A stretch of 64,000 nt of DNA from a virus (Duplodnaviria > Heunggongvirae > Uroviricota > Caudoviricetes). How positions within the stretch are numbered: the first letter of the stretch is position 1; each line of letters opens with the position of its first letter. The notes under the pieces were generated by a model. It searched no databases. It saw only the letters and a list, made by a program, of their open reading frames with translations, and was not told the DNA's origin. The position numbers and the translations under genes were made by a program. The stretch lies in IMG/VR virus record IMGVR_UViG_3300047483_000428; one strand, 5' to 3'. Below, piece after piece: positions 34,668-44,456 of the stretch.

Positions 34668-35216
34668 TTATTTTGCGAAAATTTTCAAAATTTCGAGTTC
34701 TATATAATCTTTGTTTCGTTCAATATAAGCAATATCACCAATTGAACATCCTAATAGTTCTTTTCCAACTGGCGATCTATGACTTATAACGCCCTCAGAC
34801 GGATTGCTGTCCGTCTCTCCAAGGATTGTGTATGTTATAATTTTGTCAGTCGATAAGTTTTTCACAGTCACACTCAGCCCAACTTCGACCTTACTATATT
34901 CCCCCTTTGCTTTTGTTGGTATGATAGTATATGTTTCTGCTATGAATTGGAGTTTTGCAATCTCCATATCCAATCTCATCATTTCTTCGAGTGCCATAGA
35001 AAATTCTTCATTTTCTTCTACGCCCCCGTTTTCTCTGGCATCTTTAATTTGCTCAGAAATTAGTGGTTTCTTTTTGGAAAGAATTTGAATTTTTTCCAAA
35101 ATTTGTTTTCGTCCCTGTTCGGTAATAATGTCCCCACTCAATTCTTTGTATTCCTTGTTATTATTATTGTTGTGGTTGTATTTATCGTAAACAACAAATG
35201 ATAGTGCATTATTCAT
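34668..35216 (-). CDS. GreA/GreB-family domain protein
   Basis: C-terminal FKBP-like Gre signature ISHRSPVGKELLGCSIGDIAYIE plus an N-terminal coiled-coil region. Confidence 0.55.
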   Translation of the reverse strand: MNNALSFVVYDKYNHNNNNNKEYKELSGDIITEQGRKQILEKIQILSKKKPLISEQIKDARENGGVEENEEFSMALEEMMRLDMEIAKLQFIAETYTIIPTKAKGEYSKVEVGLSVTVKNLSTDKIITYTILGETDSNPSEGVISHRSPVGKELLGCSIGDIAYIERNKDYIELEILKIFAK

Positions 35217-35481
35217 TGTTTGTCAGCCTTTCACTAATGAGAGAGAAAACTTCAAATAAGTCATCGTCAATATCATTCAAATGATTGATGTGTGCTTGAA
35301 ATAACATGCTCAGTAAAATCATATTCTCTGCTGTTTGCACGTCATACGCATTGTATTTGTATTTCAAAAGTATGGTGATAATGGATTTCATGAGTTCAAG
35401 AGACTCTACTTCGTCTTGCGGACGATAGGTAGAGTCTTCTTTTTTGGACCGATATTCATCCAAACTTACTATGTTAGTCAT
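35209..35481 (-). CDS. hypothetical protein
   Basis: 90 aa. Confidence 0.4.
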   Translation of the reverse strand: MTNIVSLDEYRSKKEDSTYRPQDEVESLELMKSIITILLKYKYNAYDVQTAENMILLSMLFQAHINHLNDIDDDLFEVFSLISERLTNNE

Positions 35482-36017
35482 CGGATATTCAAACCCAATG
35501 TGGCGATAGCATCTTGGACGGATTTTGCTTGAAATTTCGCATCCTGTAGTGGGTCATGCTTCAAAAACGTGTATGCTTTCCTTGGGTCGTCTGGCAAAAT
35601 ACTAAACAGTGTGGCACTGTCTTTGATTGCCCAGTATGGCCAAGGAACGGGAGAATCGTATTGCTTGCACATGTTTTGTATAATTCCAACGTCCATCAAA
35701 ATACGTTGTGACCAGATGGCATCACAGCCAACATACCATTTTTTCAAATGGCGAAGCATTTCATGTGGGGAAACACGCCCTTCTGGTGAGAACGCCATTT
35801 CAATTGCGTCTTTGTCTTGTGTGGACCACCAATCCAACGTTTCTGTGCTTACCGTTCTACCAGTGCTTTCCTGATAGTCAATATCCACCCGATAGAAAAA
35901 CTCATCAAATGGATTTTCTTTACTGTTTGGATTAAATTTTACCCCACCGATGGATAAAACTTGTGCTGTTGGAGACACATCAAGCGTCTCCAAATCAATC
36001 ATTGCATGTATTGTCAT
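35478..36017 (-). CDS. DEDDh-family 3'-5' exonuclease (DexA/oligoribonuclease-like)
   Basis: Exo I motif IDLETLD near the N-terminus and a distal HD..D..Q block (KHDPLQDA); 179 aa. Confidence 0.6.
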   Translation of the reverse strand: MTIHAMIDLETLDVSPTAQVLSIGGVKFNPNSKENPFDEFFYRVDIDYQESTGRTVSTETLDWWSTQDKDAIEMAFSPEGRVSPHEMLRHLKKWYVGCDAIWSQRILMDVGIIQNMCKQYDSPVPWPYWAIKDSATLFSILPDDPRKAYTFLKHDPLQDAKFQAKSVQDAIATLGLNIR

Positions 36018-36031
36018 TATTTTCCTATTCT

Positions 36032-36490
36032 TTATACGCCAAACAGTTCAGACGCAATTGCGCCAACTTGTTTCATGTCGGCAAGAACACCCCAGTGAGA
36101 CTTTGCCCACTTCATAATCTCGCCCTTATTTTGGACCTGTTTGCCACCGAAGGCGAATACCAGCTTTGAACGAATTTCTTCTTCTGAGGCCATTTGTGGC
36201 AGAACACCAGAAAGAATATTCTTTTCAAAGTTTAGAGCAACACGCCGACCATCATCAATATTCAGCTTCAAGTTTTCGTCAATAGTGACGATAAGTTTCT
36301 GAATAACCTTGATGGCTTCGTCTTCTGTGGTTTCGCGGTTGCCGTTATTCTTGCCAACCTTTTCAATTTCGCTAAGTGCAAAAAGAATGGATGGCGCAAT
36401 GGGACTGCGAGTTTTACGCAGTGCGATGGATTCAGCTTTTAGTTTTTCAATAACACTCATTTTCTTTTCCTTAGCTACATAGTCCAGCAA
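36032..36490 (-). CDS. hypothetical protein (weak GatB/YqeY-like helical pattern)
   Basis: 152 aa. Confidence 0.35.
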   Translation of the reverse strand: MLDYVAKEKKMSVIEKLKAESIALRKTRSPIAPSILFALSEIEKVGKNNGNRETTEDEAIKVIQKLIVTIDENLKLNIDDGRRVALNFEKNILSGVLPQMASEEEIRSKLVFAFGGKQVQNKGEIMKWAKSHWGVLADMKQVGAIASELFGV

Positions 36491-36866
36491 GCATTTGGTA
36501 ATGTTCCCATGCTTCTTTTACTGCGGGAACGTTTTCAAGTTCATCAACAGGAACAGCACAATCAAGCCAGTAATAATTCAACCGAAGTGGATGTGTTCCA
36601 AATTTACGTGGTTGATGTATTTTTCCACCACTGTATAGCTTGACTGCCAGCTTTCTAAACTCATCATAATTGTCAATATGTGCGGACCATTCTGGATTTG
36701 ACCATCCACCACGGGTATAGCCTTCCCAAATCTGATTCCATTCTGAGTCAATGTTTGGATCAACATCTGTTCTGGCGACAATCACCAACACATCATGATA
36801 GTCAACTTTTCCTTCAAAAATGTCGCGAAGGCAACGACTAAAACTCAATCCAACTTTCATTTGCAT
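36471..36866 (-). CDS. hypothetical protein, tandem paralog 1 (conserved C-terminus WEHYQMLAGLCS)
   Basis: Shares a start-region pattern and the C-terminal VKxAW(D/E)HYQMLAGLC motif with 36857..37264. Confidence 0.45.
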   Translation of the reverse strand: MQMKVGLSFSRCLRDIFEGKVDYHDVLVIVARTDVDPNIDSEWNQIWEGYTRGGWSNPEWSAHIDNYDEFRKLAVKLYSGGKIHQPRKFGTHPLRLNYYWLDCAVPVDELENVPAVKEAWEHYQMLAGLCS

Positions 36867-37264
36867 AACCCTGCTAACATTTGGTAGTGGTCCCAAGCCA
36901 ACTTGACTGCTGGCTCCATGTCTTGTTCTCGTAAATTTATTTGATACCAATGACTCCGTGCAGCTTGTTTTGCTCTCACGAGTAAGTTGACTGGATTACC
37001 AGTATCGCGAATTACTATAGCACCATCCTGATACAATGTCAAGCACAAATGGTAAACTTCTTCAAAATCAAATAGATGAAAAACGTTTTTACCGTTTGAT
37101 AGGTTTATTACCATAGGGTCTACTTGGGTATCATACCAATGAGTGAATGAATCCATGCTTCTTATGTTTACGTCATGTGCAATGATACAGTAAACATCGT
37201 TCAAATCAACTTTTTTCAGTAGAATATCACTGATGCAGTATGTAAGATTTGTCCCAAGTAACAT
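36857..37264 (-). CDS. hypothetical protein, tandem paralog 2 (C-terminus WDHYQMLAGLCK)
   Basis: See paralog 1. Confidence 0.45.
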   Translation of the reverse strand: MLLGTNLTYCISDILLKKVDLNDVYCIIAHDVNIRSMDSFTHWYDTQVDPMVINLSNGKNVFHLFDFEEVYHLCLTLYQDGAIVIRDTGNPVNLLVRAKQAARSHWYQINLREQDMEPAVKLAWDHYQMLAGLCK

Positions 37265-37983
37265 TATAACTTTCTTAGTTTATCGTTCACTTCAATGACC
37301 TTACGAAGAATTTCACTGTTGCTGAACTTCAAAAACGCCTCTGTATCTTTTGGAAAGCAATATCCACCGAACCCTAGCCCGCCCTCATCATTTGGTGCCA
37401 TCATGTGACTTGGACCCATATTTGGAAATTGTGCAAGAATATTCACCATAGAGTAAAAATTAGCTTCTGGAACGAGAGAGTATATCTCGTGAAAGAACGC
37501 AACCTTTGTTGCAAGCCACACGTTGTGCATATACTTTACCATGCTTGCAGTATGTCTGTCGGTTTCCATGACATTGGCTTCAATGTATGAAAACACGTGT
37601 TTCCAATAAAACAATTGCGCATGGTCGCCGCCAATAACCATAACTTTTTGGTTCTTGAAATCTTCATACGCATGAGCCGCCCGTAAAAATTCTGGATAAT
37701 AACTTACATTATCTGGATATAGTGCAATGAGGTCAGGCGGAACTGTGCTTTTCAACAGTATGGGAATATCACCGAGTTTCCCAATGATGAACCGTATTAG
37801 TGAATCATCACATTTTCCATCTACAGTTGGAGTTGGCAAACATATAATTGCTGATTGATAGTTGGAAAAACTGGAAAGGTCAGTTTCCAGTTTTGGGTCA
37901 ACCCGACCTACAACATAACCATTTCTTTCTAGGCTTGTCGCAACAGTTTCGCCAACAAATCCACATCCGATAACTAGTATCAT
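37264..37983 (-). CDS. UDP-glucose/GDP-mannose dehydrogenase-family protein, short form (lacks C-terminal UDP-sugar-binding domain)
   Basis: N-terminal Rossmann MILVIGCGFVGETVA and a central-domain catalytic region GGLGFGGYCFPKDT (cf. Ugd GYGGYCLPKDT); only 239 aa. Confidence 0.6.
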   Translation of the reverse strand: MILVIGCGFVGETVATSLERNGYVVGRVDPKLETDLSSFSNYQSAIICLPTPTVDGKCDDSLIRFIIGKLGDIPILLKSTVPPDLIALYPDNVSYYPEFLRAAHAYEDFKNQKVMVIGGDHAQLFYWKHVFSYIEANVMETDRHTASMVKYMHNVWLATKVAFFHEIYSLVPEANFYSMVNILAQFPNMGPSHMMAPNDEGGLGFGGYCFPKDTEAFLKFSNSEILRKVIEVNDKLRKL

Positions 37984-38282
37984 TCTTCTATCTCAGCCCA
38001 CCAACAACGACAAAAAATTTCTTTGTTCGGAAAACTATCTATGATTGATTGCGGATAGCCTTCTGAAACCAACCAACGCTCAAAATCAAAATCTTCTCCC
38101 AACAGAAAATATTCGTCATGCATCTGTTTTGGAAATCCATACTTCCAACCTTCTGGCGGATCGACCATTAGAACTTTTTGCATTTCATTCCTCTCTTTTT
38201 GAAAGTAGATACATTTTCCAATAGTGCTCAAAACACTTTGGGTATTGTTGAGGGTTTGGGATTTTACTCCCAAACATTTCAA
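37980..38282 (-). CDS. hypothetical protein
   Basis: 100 aa; overlaps the UGDH-like start (ATGA). Confidence 0.4.
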   Translation of the reverse strand: MKCLGVKSQTLNNTQSVLSTIGKCIYFQKERNEMQKVLMVDPPEGWKYGFPKQMHDEYFLLGEDFDFERWLVSEGYPQSIIDSFPNKEIFCRCWWAEIEE

Positions 38283-38318
38283 TGAACTCTTTGATTTGGT
38301 CGTCAGTTGGTTTTGCTT

Positions 38319-39140
38319 TTACGTCCACAGACTTGCTCTAACTTTGATTAGGCGAATAAGCATTTCGGTATCTTCTTCTTCGTATGCTTTTTCCATTTCG
38401 CGGATTTTGTCATGCATTGCACGAGTGTTCCACTTTTCTTCGTCTGGGTCATCTTCAAGAAAATCAACACCGCGTCCACGTTTGTTTTCGCAGTATTCGC
38501 TCCAACCGCTCACATCGTATGGGTCTGGACGGTTAGGATAAACCTCTGTCCACCACATATAAAGGTCGTAGATTTCTTTTGCAGCAATAGACTGTGCGGT
38601 TGGTTGTGCTTGATCTTTTTTATCTTCATCAAGCCATTCTTCGTCGGTGAGGTCCATTTCCCATTTTAGATGACCAATACCAGCTTCGGCACTTCGCCAA
38701 GTGCGAGTGCGCCAACGGCCAACTTGCCACCACTTCATACCTTTTTGTTTTTCTTCACACCAACGATAGTTGCAGTATGCCGTTTCAATCTCTACAAAGT
38801 CAACAAGTTCATCAAAAAGACAAATAAGAATACGACTGTCAAAGTCTTGATACTGACCAGGCTTGATATGTTTTGGATGTGCAACCAAGGCATTGCTTTG
38901 GTCAATCCAGCGGTTGACAACATAATATTTCATATCATACAGTCGGTCAACAGGCCAGTTGACAAAGTTTTGAATTTTGTCAAGACCTTCTTCTGCCAGC
39001 CAATAACGGAAAGAATGTTTCTGCTTGGCTTCATTCTTCCACTGCTTCCAGCCAGAGCCAGATGCAGCATATGGTTTTTCAGTTCCGCGTAGCCAATCAG
39101 CAAACTTACTACAAGACCAATAGTTATTTCGAAACGCCAT
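38319..39140 (-). CDS. hypothetical Trp-rich protein
   Basis: 273 aa. Confidence 0.45.
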   Translation of the reverse strand: MAFRNNYWSCSKFADWLRGTEKPYAASGSGWKQWKNEAKQKHSFRYWLAEEGLDKIQNFVNWPVDRLYDMKYYVVNRWIDQSNALVAHPKHIKPGQYQDFDSRILICLFDELVDFVEIETAYCNYRWCEEKQKGMKWWQVGRWRTRTWRSAEAGIGHLKWEMDLTDEEWLDEDKKDQAQPTAQSIAAKEIYDLYMWWTEVYPNRPDPYDVSGWSEYCENKRGRGVDFLEDDPDEEKWNTRAMHDKIREMEKAYEEEDTEMLIRLIKVRASLWT

Positions 39141-39513
39141 CTTTTTTCATCCTTTGATTACGAAACTCTTTTACATCATCTATCGCAGATTTCAATACCG
39201 CAGAGTAGTTCAGTGCGGTTTGTTCAGTTAGGACAATAGTAGTCTCCATGTCTGCATATCCTTTTGTAAGGATTTGCCAGATTTGCTTCCACCGATTAGA
39301 CTTCCACCATTTGGTATGCTGCTTATGATATAGGTGAACTTGAACGAACATATCATCCGCTTCTACTTCAATCGTATGAGCGCAATCTTCATTACTGCAA
39401 TCACATTGAACATAGTAGAACTTAGAATCTCCAAAGTCCCCTTGTTTTAGAATACCCGATGCTGGTGTCTCTGGTGTCATGCTTCTTTGACCTTTCCGTT
39501 TTCGTAATCCCAT
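39124..39513 (-). CDS. hypothetical Cys/His-containing protein
   Basis: 129 aa with CDCSNEDCAH. Confidence 0.4.
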   Translation of the reverse strand: MGLRKRKGQRSMTPETPASGILKQGDFGDSKFYYVQCDCSNEDCAHTIEVEADDMFVQVHLYHKQHTKWWKSNRWKQIWQILTKGYADMETTIVLTEQTALNYSAVLKSAIDDVKEFRNQRMKKDGVSK

Positions 39514-39710
39514 CCTTGTCCACCAAGGATTTCCATCATTTTATACATTTCTGCTTTTTCTTGGCATTGTTTTGGTTGGCCAATACTGCCAACCATAGCA
39601 AAACAAGTAGTGCAACGATACCCAATATCTGATTCAGAATCCCACCTTGCAACATTGCCACAAGGTGAGATAATAAATTTTGCCATCATTGTTTTGTTGC
39701 TTCCATGCAT
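39477..39710 (-). CDS. hypothetical Cys-rich small protein
   Basis: 77 aa with CGN...CTTC. Confidence 0.35.
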   Translation of the reverse strand: MHGSNKTMMAKFIISPCGNVARWDSESDIGYRCTTCFAMVGSIGQPKQCQEKAEMYKMMEILGGQGWDYENGKVKEA

Positions 39711-39991
39711 CCAAGATAGGACACGCCAGCAACTGTTTCTGGTGATGCAGTTGGCATGTCATCGTATACCATCTTTACAATCATATGTGCAATTTGCTGA
39801 TCTAACCCATTTGCTATCATTGCGGCATATACAGCAGATGCAGTTTGTCCTTGGTCGCGCATTGATGCCGTTGCGCCCGTCAGCTTTCCCATATTCATAC
39901 ACAGAGCATCACGTTGTTCGTCTGATAGTTGTTGTGCAGAAGCGGCTAATGGAGCCACAAGCAGCATCGCAGTCAACAGTAGGTATTTCAT
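39686..39991 (-). CDS. secreted/periplasmic small protein
   Basis: Start at the internal MKYLLLTAMLLVAPLAASA, which is a signal peptide. Confidence 0.45.
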   Translation of the reverse strand: MKYLLLTAMLLVAPLAASAQQLSDEQRDALCMNMGKLTGATASMRDQGQTASAVYAAMIANGLDQQIAHMIVKMVYDDMPTASPETVAGVSYLGCMEATKQ

Positions 39992-40011
39992 TTTTATCTC
40001 CAAATAATAGG

Positions 40012-40353
40012 TTATGCAACGCCCTGTAGAATTTTCCACATGTGAGCGGTCTTCTGTTTTTCCACCCAAGATGAGCGGATGCCATTGGTGTCTTTGCACC
40101 AATTCTTGAAGTTATCCTCATTGCCAAAACTACCATTTGGAAATTCAAGATAAATCCACTTTGCCTGACGAGACATCATGGGTGCATTGAAGTGGTCTGC
40201 TCGTGCAGAAGCAAGATACAGATTTCCAGCCAGCAATGCGGTAGTATATCCACCCGGTTCGATACCATGAAACAGATATAGTTCCAACGCTTCTACCATG
40301 TAGTTGTTGAAAATATCGTTTGGGATATCAAACACTCCACGAATGTCGTTCAT
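40012..40353 (-). CDS. hypothetical protein
   Basis: Start moved to MNDIRGVF (ATGA overlap with upstream gene). Confidence 0.4.
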   Translation of the reverse strand: MNDIRGVFDIPNDIFNNYMVEALELYLFHGIEPGGYTTALLAGNLYLASARADHFNAPMMSRQAKWIYLEFPNGSFGNEDNFKNWCKDTNGIRSSWVEKQKTAHMWKILQGVA

Positions 40354-40568
40354 TCTTTCGCCTTTTTCTCTAAGATTTCGATGTATTGTAGCACACGATC
40401 CAGACGATTCGCAAGGGTATAAAACCCTTCGTCCCACATCCAATCAATATCTTGTTCTAGCATCTTTTTTAGGCTGTCAGAATTTGGCATTGTTTTCTCC
40501 ATTGCACCAAAGTTTTTTGTTAGAGTTACGTGGATTAGGTTGGCCGTTTGGCCAACCTTACTGGTCAA
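40350..40568 (-). CDS. hypothetical protein
   Basis: 72 aa. Confidence 0.35.
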   Translation of the reverse strand: MTSKVGQTANLIHVTLTKNFGAMEKTMPNSDSLKKMLEQDIDWMWDEGFYTLANRLDRVLQYIEILEKKAKE

Positions 40569-41199
40569 GTGGCGTAGTTGCTAGTTTTACGCCTTCAAAA
40601 TACTTCGTAGCTTTTTCGCTCTTGGTATCAACTGCCGTGACTTTTGCAATTGTGATGCCTTTGGTTTCATCAGTTTTTAGCAGCAAATCGCCAACTGCAA
40701 CTGAACCCTCTTTGCCAAGATACGCATATTCGGTTCCTTGGCCATTGAATTTGACAGAGAAGGTGAATGGCATAACCACTTCAATATCCCGCTTGTCAAA
40801 CGCTTCAAGGTCGCCAGAACCCTTCATTTCAAGAACATACTTCCCAGTGCTGTTGATCGCAAGACCAACGCCAAACCGTGGAGCCTGTTCTTTTGTTTGA
40901 AATAGTTTACCCTTCATTGTGTTGCCTTTCTGCTCATTGTTTCCGTCAATCTTCACAAACTCACTCATATGACGATAAGAAATCATCCCACCACTATGCT
41001 CATAGCGGGCAGAAACCTTATCGTTACCATACACACTTTCAACTATAAGTGGTCGTGTTCCAAACCCAAGGCGAACTCTGTCGCCTACTACAAGTTTCAT
41101 ACTGTTTCCTTTTTTCTTCTGCTTCGTGTTTTTGTTATATGGTTGATCAAACCAACCATCAACCATATGGTCAATGTAATCGTCTGTGTAATCACTCAT
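40558..41199 (-). CDS. hypothetical protein
   Basis: 213 aa. Confidence 0.45.
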   Translation of the reverse strand: MSDYTDDYIDHMVDGWFDQPYNKNTKQKKKGNSMKLVVGDRVRLGFGTRPLIVESVYGNDKVSARYEHSGGMISYRHMSEFVKIDGNNEQKGNTMKGKLFQTKEQAPRFGVGLAINSTGKYVLEMKGSGDLEAFDKRDIEVVMPFTFSVKFNGQGTEYAYLGKEGSVAVGDLLLKTDETKGITIAKVTAVDTKSEKATKYFEGVKLATTPLDQ

Positions 41200-41233
41200 G
41201 TCTCTTTTCCTTAGTTCAAATATACTACTATAA

Positions 41234-41527
41234 TCATTCGCCTAAGTCAAGGACTTTATTAGGTTTTTTTACAGCTTTTATTCTATCTTCCATCGTCATC
41301 GGCGGTTGTGGGTCTACACTCCAATGTGGACTTCCCCATCGCCTTCTTTGATTTTCTTCGTATGTTTCTTCTTTACTGAGATATTCGCCAGACCAACTGT
41401 CTATCACATCTGCCATTTCATATAGGGCTGAAACAACACTCGCATTGTCACCCCAACGACTTTCTCTATCATCATGTTTTTTCAAATACTCTGCACGGTC
41501 ACGAAATGCATCTGCTAAACTTTTCAT
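41234..41527 (-). CDS. hypothetical protein
   Basis: 97 aa. Confidence 0.4.
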   Translation of the reverse strand: MKSLADAFRDRAEYLKKHDDRESRWGDNASVVSALYEMADVIDSWSGEYLSKEETYEENQRRRWGSPHWSVDPQPPMTMEDRIKAVKKPNKVLDLGE

Positions 41528-41528
41528 C

Positions 41529-41921
41529 TTATCCGTTTACCATACCAAACCATACGGCATCGGCTTCATATGCAAATACAAAATGATTTTGAAGACGAAT
41601 GTATGCGCCTGGTTTTAGATTTTGTTCACACCACTGCATTGCTGCTTTTGCTTGTAATGACGTTACCTTGACTTTGGTATACTTGTATTTGTCAACAATT
41701 TCAGAAAACTTGTGAAACTTCTGACGGTTTGGCAACCGAACAAAATGCTGATAATGAACTTTCTGCATAATAACAGACCCCTTTTCATAAATCATTGAAC
41801 CAATATAATCTTCTGACGACATTGGTTGAACGCCAATAATATCATTGGCGATGATATTTGGCATAACTCGTCTGATGATAGGTAATAATACCTTGGCAGT
41901 GTTAGGGTCTAACTCACTCAT
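41529..41921 (-). CDS. hypothetical protein
   Basis: 130 aa. Confidence 0.45.
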   Translation of the reverse strand: MSELDPNTAKVLLPIIRRVMPNIIANDIIGVQPMSSEDYIGSMIYEKGSVIMQKVHYQHFVRLPNRQKFHKFSEIVDKYKYTKVKVTSLQAKAAMQWCEQNLKPGAYIRLQNHFVFAYEADAVWFGMVNG

Positions 41922-42168
41922 ACTGATAATCCACTTCTTTTAGCATTTCGGAAATTCTGGCCAAGTTGTTTGCCCATGAGCCAGAGATTGTAATATAGTG
42001 CAATTCGCAAGTTTCTTCAAGCACTTTCTCATATTCAAAGTTGAAATCTATCTCGTCATCCATTAGCAACTTGATAAATTTGCGAACTTGTGACACATCA
42101 CGAAAATGAAACTCAAGTTCCCAAGTGCATATACTTGCTCTGCCATTTACTACTGGCTTATATGTCAA
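41914..42168 (-). CDS. hypothetical protein
   Basis: 84 aa. Confidence 0.4.
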   Translation of the reverse strand: MTYKPVVNGRASICTWELEFHFRDVSQVRKFIKLLMDDEIDFNFEYEKVLEETCELHYITISGSWANNLARISEMLKEVDYQYE

Positions 42169-42740
42169 AATCCATGTTCCTTTTTGTATTCTGTAAGCCA
42201 GTTTACTGCTCTTACTCGTTCTCTATCCCAACGAGGAATATGTTCTTCATACCCAACTGAGTCTGGCCAAGTCATTGGCTTCACATATGAGTATGGCGCT
42301 GAAAGTTTTTGAATGGCTTCATCAATAGTTACATTGCCATTTGAACCAAACACTCCTGCAATATTGGCAGCTTCATGCTTGCCAAGACCTTCAAGGGTTG
42401 AAATACCAAGGGCAGTTTCCGCCCAACACTTCATACATGACGCAGCAACACAAGTGCAATCGCCCATATGAGAATATTGAAGTTCACTCACCAGCGCATT
42501 GACTCGAGAATCGTTTTCATCCATATCACATATTCGTTGCCACTTTGAGGCACGTTTTAGAATATCAGCGTTAGACAGTGAAGGTGACTTTTGGTTGATA
42601 GTTTCTTCCAACGTTAGCTGAAGATCGCATAGAATTTCAACATAATCCTCATTTTGAAGATACATACAAATACGTTGACGATCCCGTTCATCAACGTCAA
42701 CCGTTGTCCACAGTGGATTTTGATGCCAGTTTATTTTCAT
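42165..42740 (-). CDS. hypothetical Cys-rich protein
   Basis: 191 aa. Confidence 0.45.
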   Translation of the reverse strand: MKINWHQNPLWTTVDVDERDRQRICMYLQNEDYVEILCDLQLTLEETINQKSPSLSNADILKRASKWQRICDMDENDSRVNALVSELQYSHMGDCTCVAASCMKCWAETALGISTLEGLGKHEAANIAGVFGSNGNVTIDEAIQKLSAPYSYVKPMTWPDSVGYEEHIPRWDRERVRAVNWLTEYKKEHGF

Positions 42741-43177
42741 TCGTATTTTGTGCTTTCTCGCTTACTTACCAGTCTATGGTTTTTACAATCCTCAAAGAAC
42801 GCTTCAATGTTTTCGCTTGTGCGACTTACTTTATAGCACAATGTTCCACCAAAGTAAACAAGATACTCTTGTAATGCGTAGCACTCCAACACAATAGTAT
42901 AAGCAGTTGTCATAGCCGCACCACCCATTCCACCATGACCAAGGGCGGTGCTACCCCAAGTTTGAGGAAACATTGCGTAAACCCAAAAGTCACGAGTAGT
43001 TGGGCGTCTTACCGCAGGAGTGGTTGCATGCATTGCAGCAGCACGTTCTTCCGAAGTTTTAGCCTTGCGAATAGCTTCAATGTCACGCTGTTCATACTCA
43101 ATGTCACTGAACCCTTCATATTGAGCATGTGCCAACGCATCGTGTAACTCACGGATAGGATTTTCTACATACATCAT
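42737..43177 (-). CDS. hypothetical protein
   Basis: 146 aa. Confidence 0.45.
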   Translation of the reverse strand: MMYVENPIRELHDALAHAQYEGFSDIEYEQRDIEAIRKAKTSEERAAAMHATTPAVRRPTTRDFWVYAMFPQTWGSTALGHGGMGGAAMTTAYTIVLECYALQEYLVYFGGTLCYKVSRTSENIEAFFEDCKNHRLVSKRESTKYE

Positions 43178-43455
43178 TTAGTCCTCACAATATATCTGCC
43201 TACTTGTTTGATCTTCATTTTCTTTTTCAGGCGGCGCATATGCTTTCCCCTGATTTGAAGAAGATGTTCCCCGTTGATTCGCATACCATCAGGAAAGATT
43301 TCAAGTCTTTCTTCAACTTTGTTTTTTAGTTCGCGAGTAGAATACCAATGCTGGATTCCTTTTGGCTTATCAATAACCGCTTTGCCATTACGAAGGATGC
43401 GACCCTTTACATATCCAAGCTCGATAAGTCGGCGCTTTTTATCTTCTGTCATCAT
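43174..43455 (-). CDS. hypothetical basic protein
   Basis: 93 aa. Confidence 0.4.
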   Translation of the reverse strand: MMTEDKKRRLIELGYVKGRILRNGKAVIDKPKGIQHWYSTRELKNKVEERLEIFPDGMRINGEHLLQIRGKHMRRLKKKMKIKQVGRYIVRTK

Positions 43456-43763
43456 TTCTTGATACTCCCTCCAATCAAGTATGAAACTGCCCAGAACAAC
43501 GCAGTTGAACCGTTTTCAGTCTCATAATGCACATCCAGCCAGTCAAGAAACTCTGCCAGTTTTTCTTGTGCATCTATTGGCAACGGATTGGTTCCGATTG
43601 GAGTTTCAAGTGCATGATAAACCGCAGGACAAGGATCGGCAAGTTTGCCCCATCCACTTGGTGTATCGGCGGTATCACACTTTTTACATACATAATCGTA
43701 GTGTGAACTATCACGCCATTCTAAATCATGGCTTGGATGTGCTTGGCTCATTTTCTTCTCCAC
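43452..43763 (-). CDS. hypothetical Cys-containing protein
   Basis: 103 aa with CKKCD...PCP. Confidence 0.4.
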   Translation of the reverse strand: MEKKMSQAHPSHDLEWRDSSHYDYVCKKCDTADTPSGWGKLADPCPAVYHALETPIGTNPLPIDAQEKLAEFLDWLDVHYETENGSTALFWAVSYLIGGSIKK

Positions 43764-43938
43764 AAACAGGGCAATGGTTTTCTCTTACATTGAATGAAGT
43801 AAGAAAGGCATTTGACGTTCCTACATAAGAGCCTCTTGCCCAACGAACAGTTTTATCATAAAGTGCATCGCAACACTTGCAACGCACAAGATTGTGCTGG
43901 TTGGAATAAGTCATTTTTTCTTCTGAAAGCAAGTGCAT
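43726..43938 (-). CDS. small zinc-ribbon-like protein
   Basis: 70 aa with CKCCD...HCPVCGE. Confidence 0.4.
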   Translation of the reverse strand: MHLLSEEKMTYSNQHNLVRCKCCDALYDKTVRWARGSYVGTSNAFLTSFNVRENHCPVCGEENEPSTSKP

Positions 43939-43990
43939 TTGGGGCCGCAGCTACTTCCACGATGTTCAAAGTTGTTTGGACAAATCAGTT

Positions 43991-44215
43991 TCATTTCTTT
44001 CCCCACGTATCAATAAAATAGTTGGCGTCATCCTGAGAAGGAAAGTCCATGGTAATAGTAGGAGAATCCCCGTTTGTGTATTTCATAAACACTTTGATGT
44101 TGTTGGTAGCCAACCAACTTTTTACATCTTGTGTCAAATTCCATTCTCCTTGCTGAGAACTTGGCTCAACAAGGTTACGATGGTCTTTGTAGTGAAATAT
44201 AACTTGATGTATCAT
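43991..44215 (-). CDS. hypothetical protein
   Basis: 74 aa; followed by two further ATGA-coupled 49-aa-class ORFs (44214..44363 and about 44360..44456) that I did not list separately. Confidence 0.4.
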   Translation of the reverse strand: MIHQVIFHYKDHRNLVEPSSQQGEWNLTQDVKSWLATNNIKVFMKYTNGDSPTITMDFPSQDDANYFIDTWGKK

Positions 44216-44456
44216 TCTATAAGAACTCCCCGTGTCCCCCAGTTGTTCAGATCAGACAGACGATGAACTTTACGCCAATCGTCTGCATAGTCGCCGCCCT
44301 CATAGAAAACTTCGGTTTCTGGCGGAAACTTTTTTAGTTCTTCAATCAGTTCTTTGACTGTCATTTTCTTTCTCTTTCAGAAGTTCAAGAAGCCTTTCTT
44401 CCAATGCTGGCATTCTGTAACCATGAAACGCACCAAGCATAATCTCACCTTCAAGG

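Noticed and set aside
38412-39092. Plus-strand ORFs 38412..38669 and 38670..39092
   Set aside because: They are antisense to the 273-aa minus-strand gene 38319..39140, with no RBS and none of the promoter-family motifs in the plus orientation anywhere.
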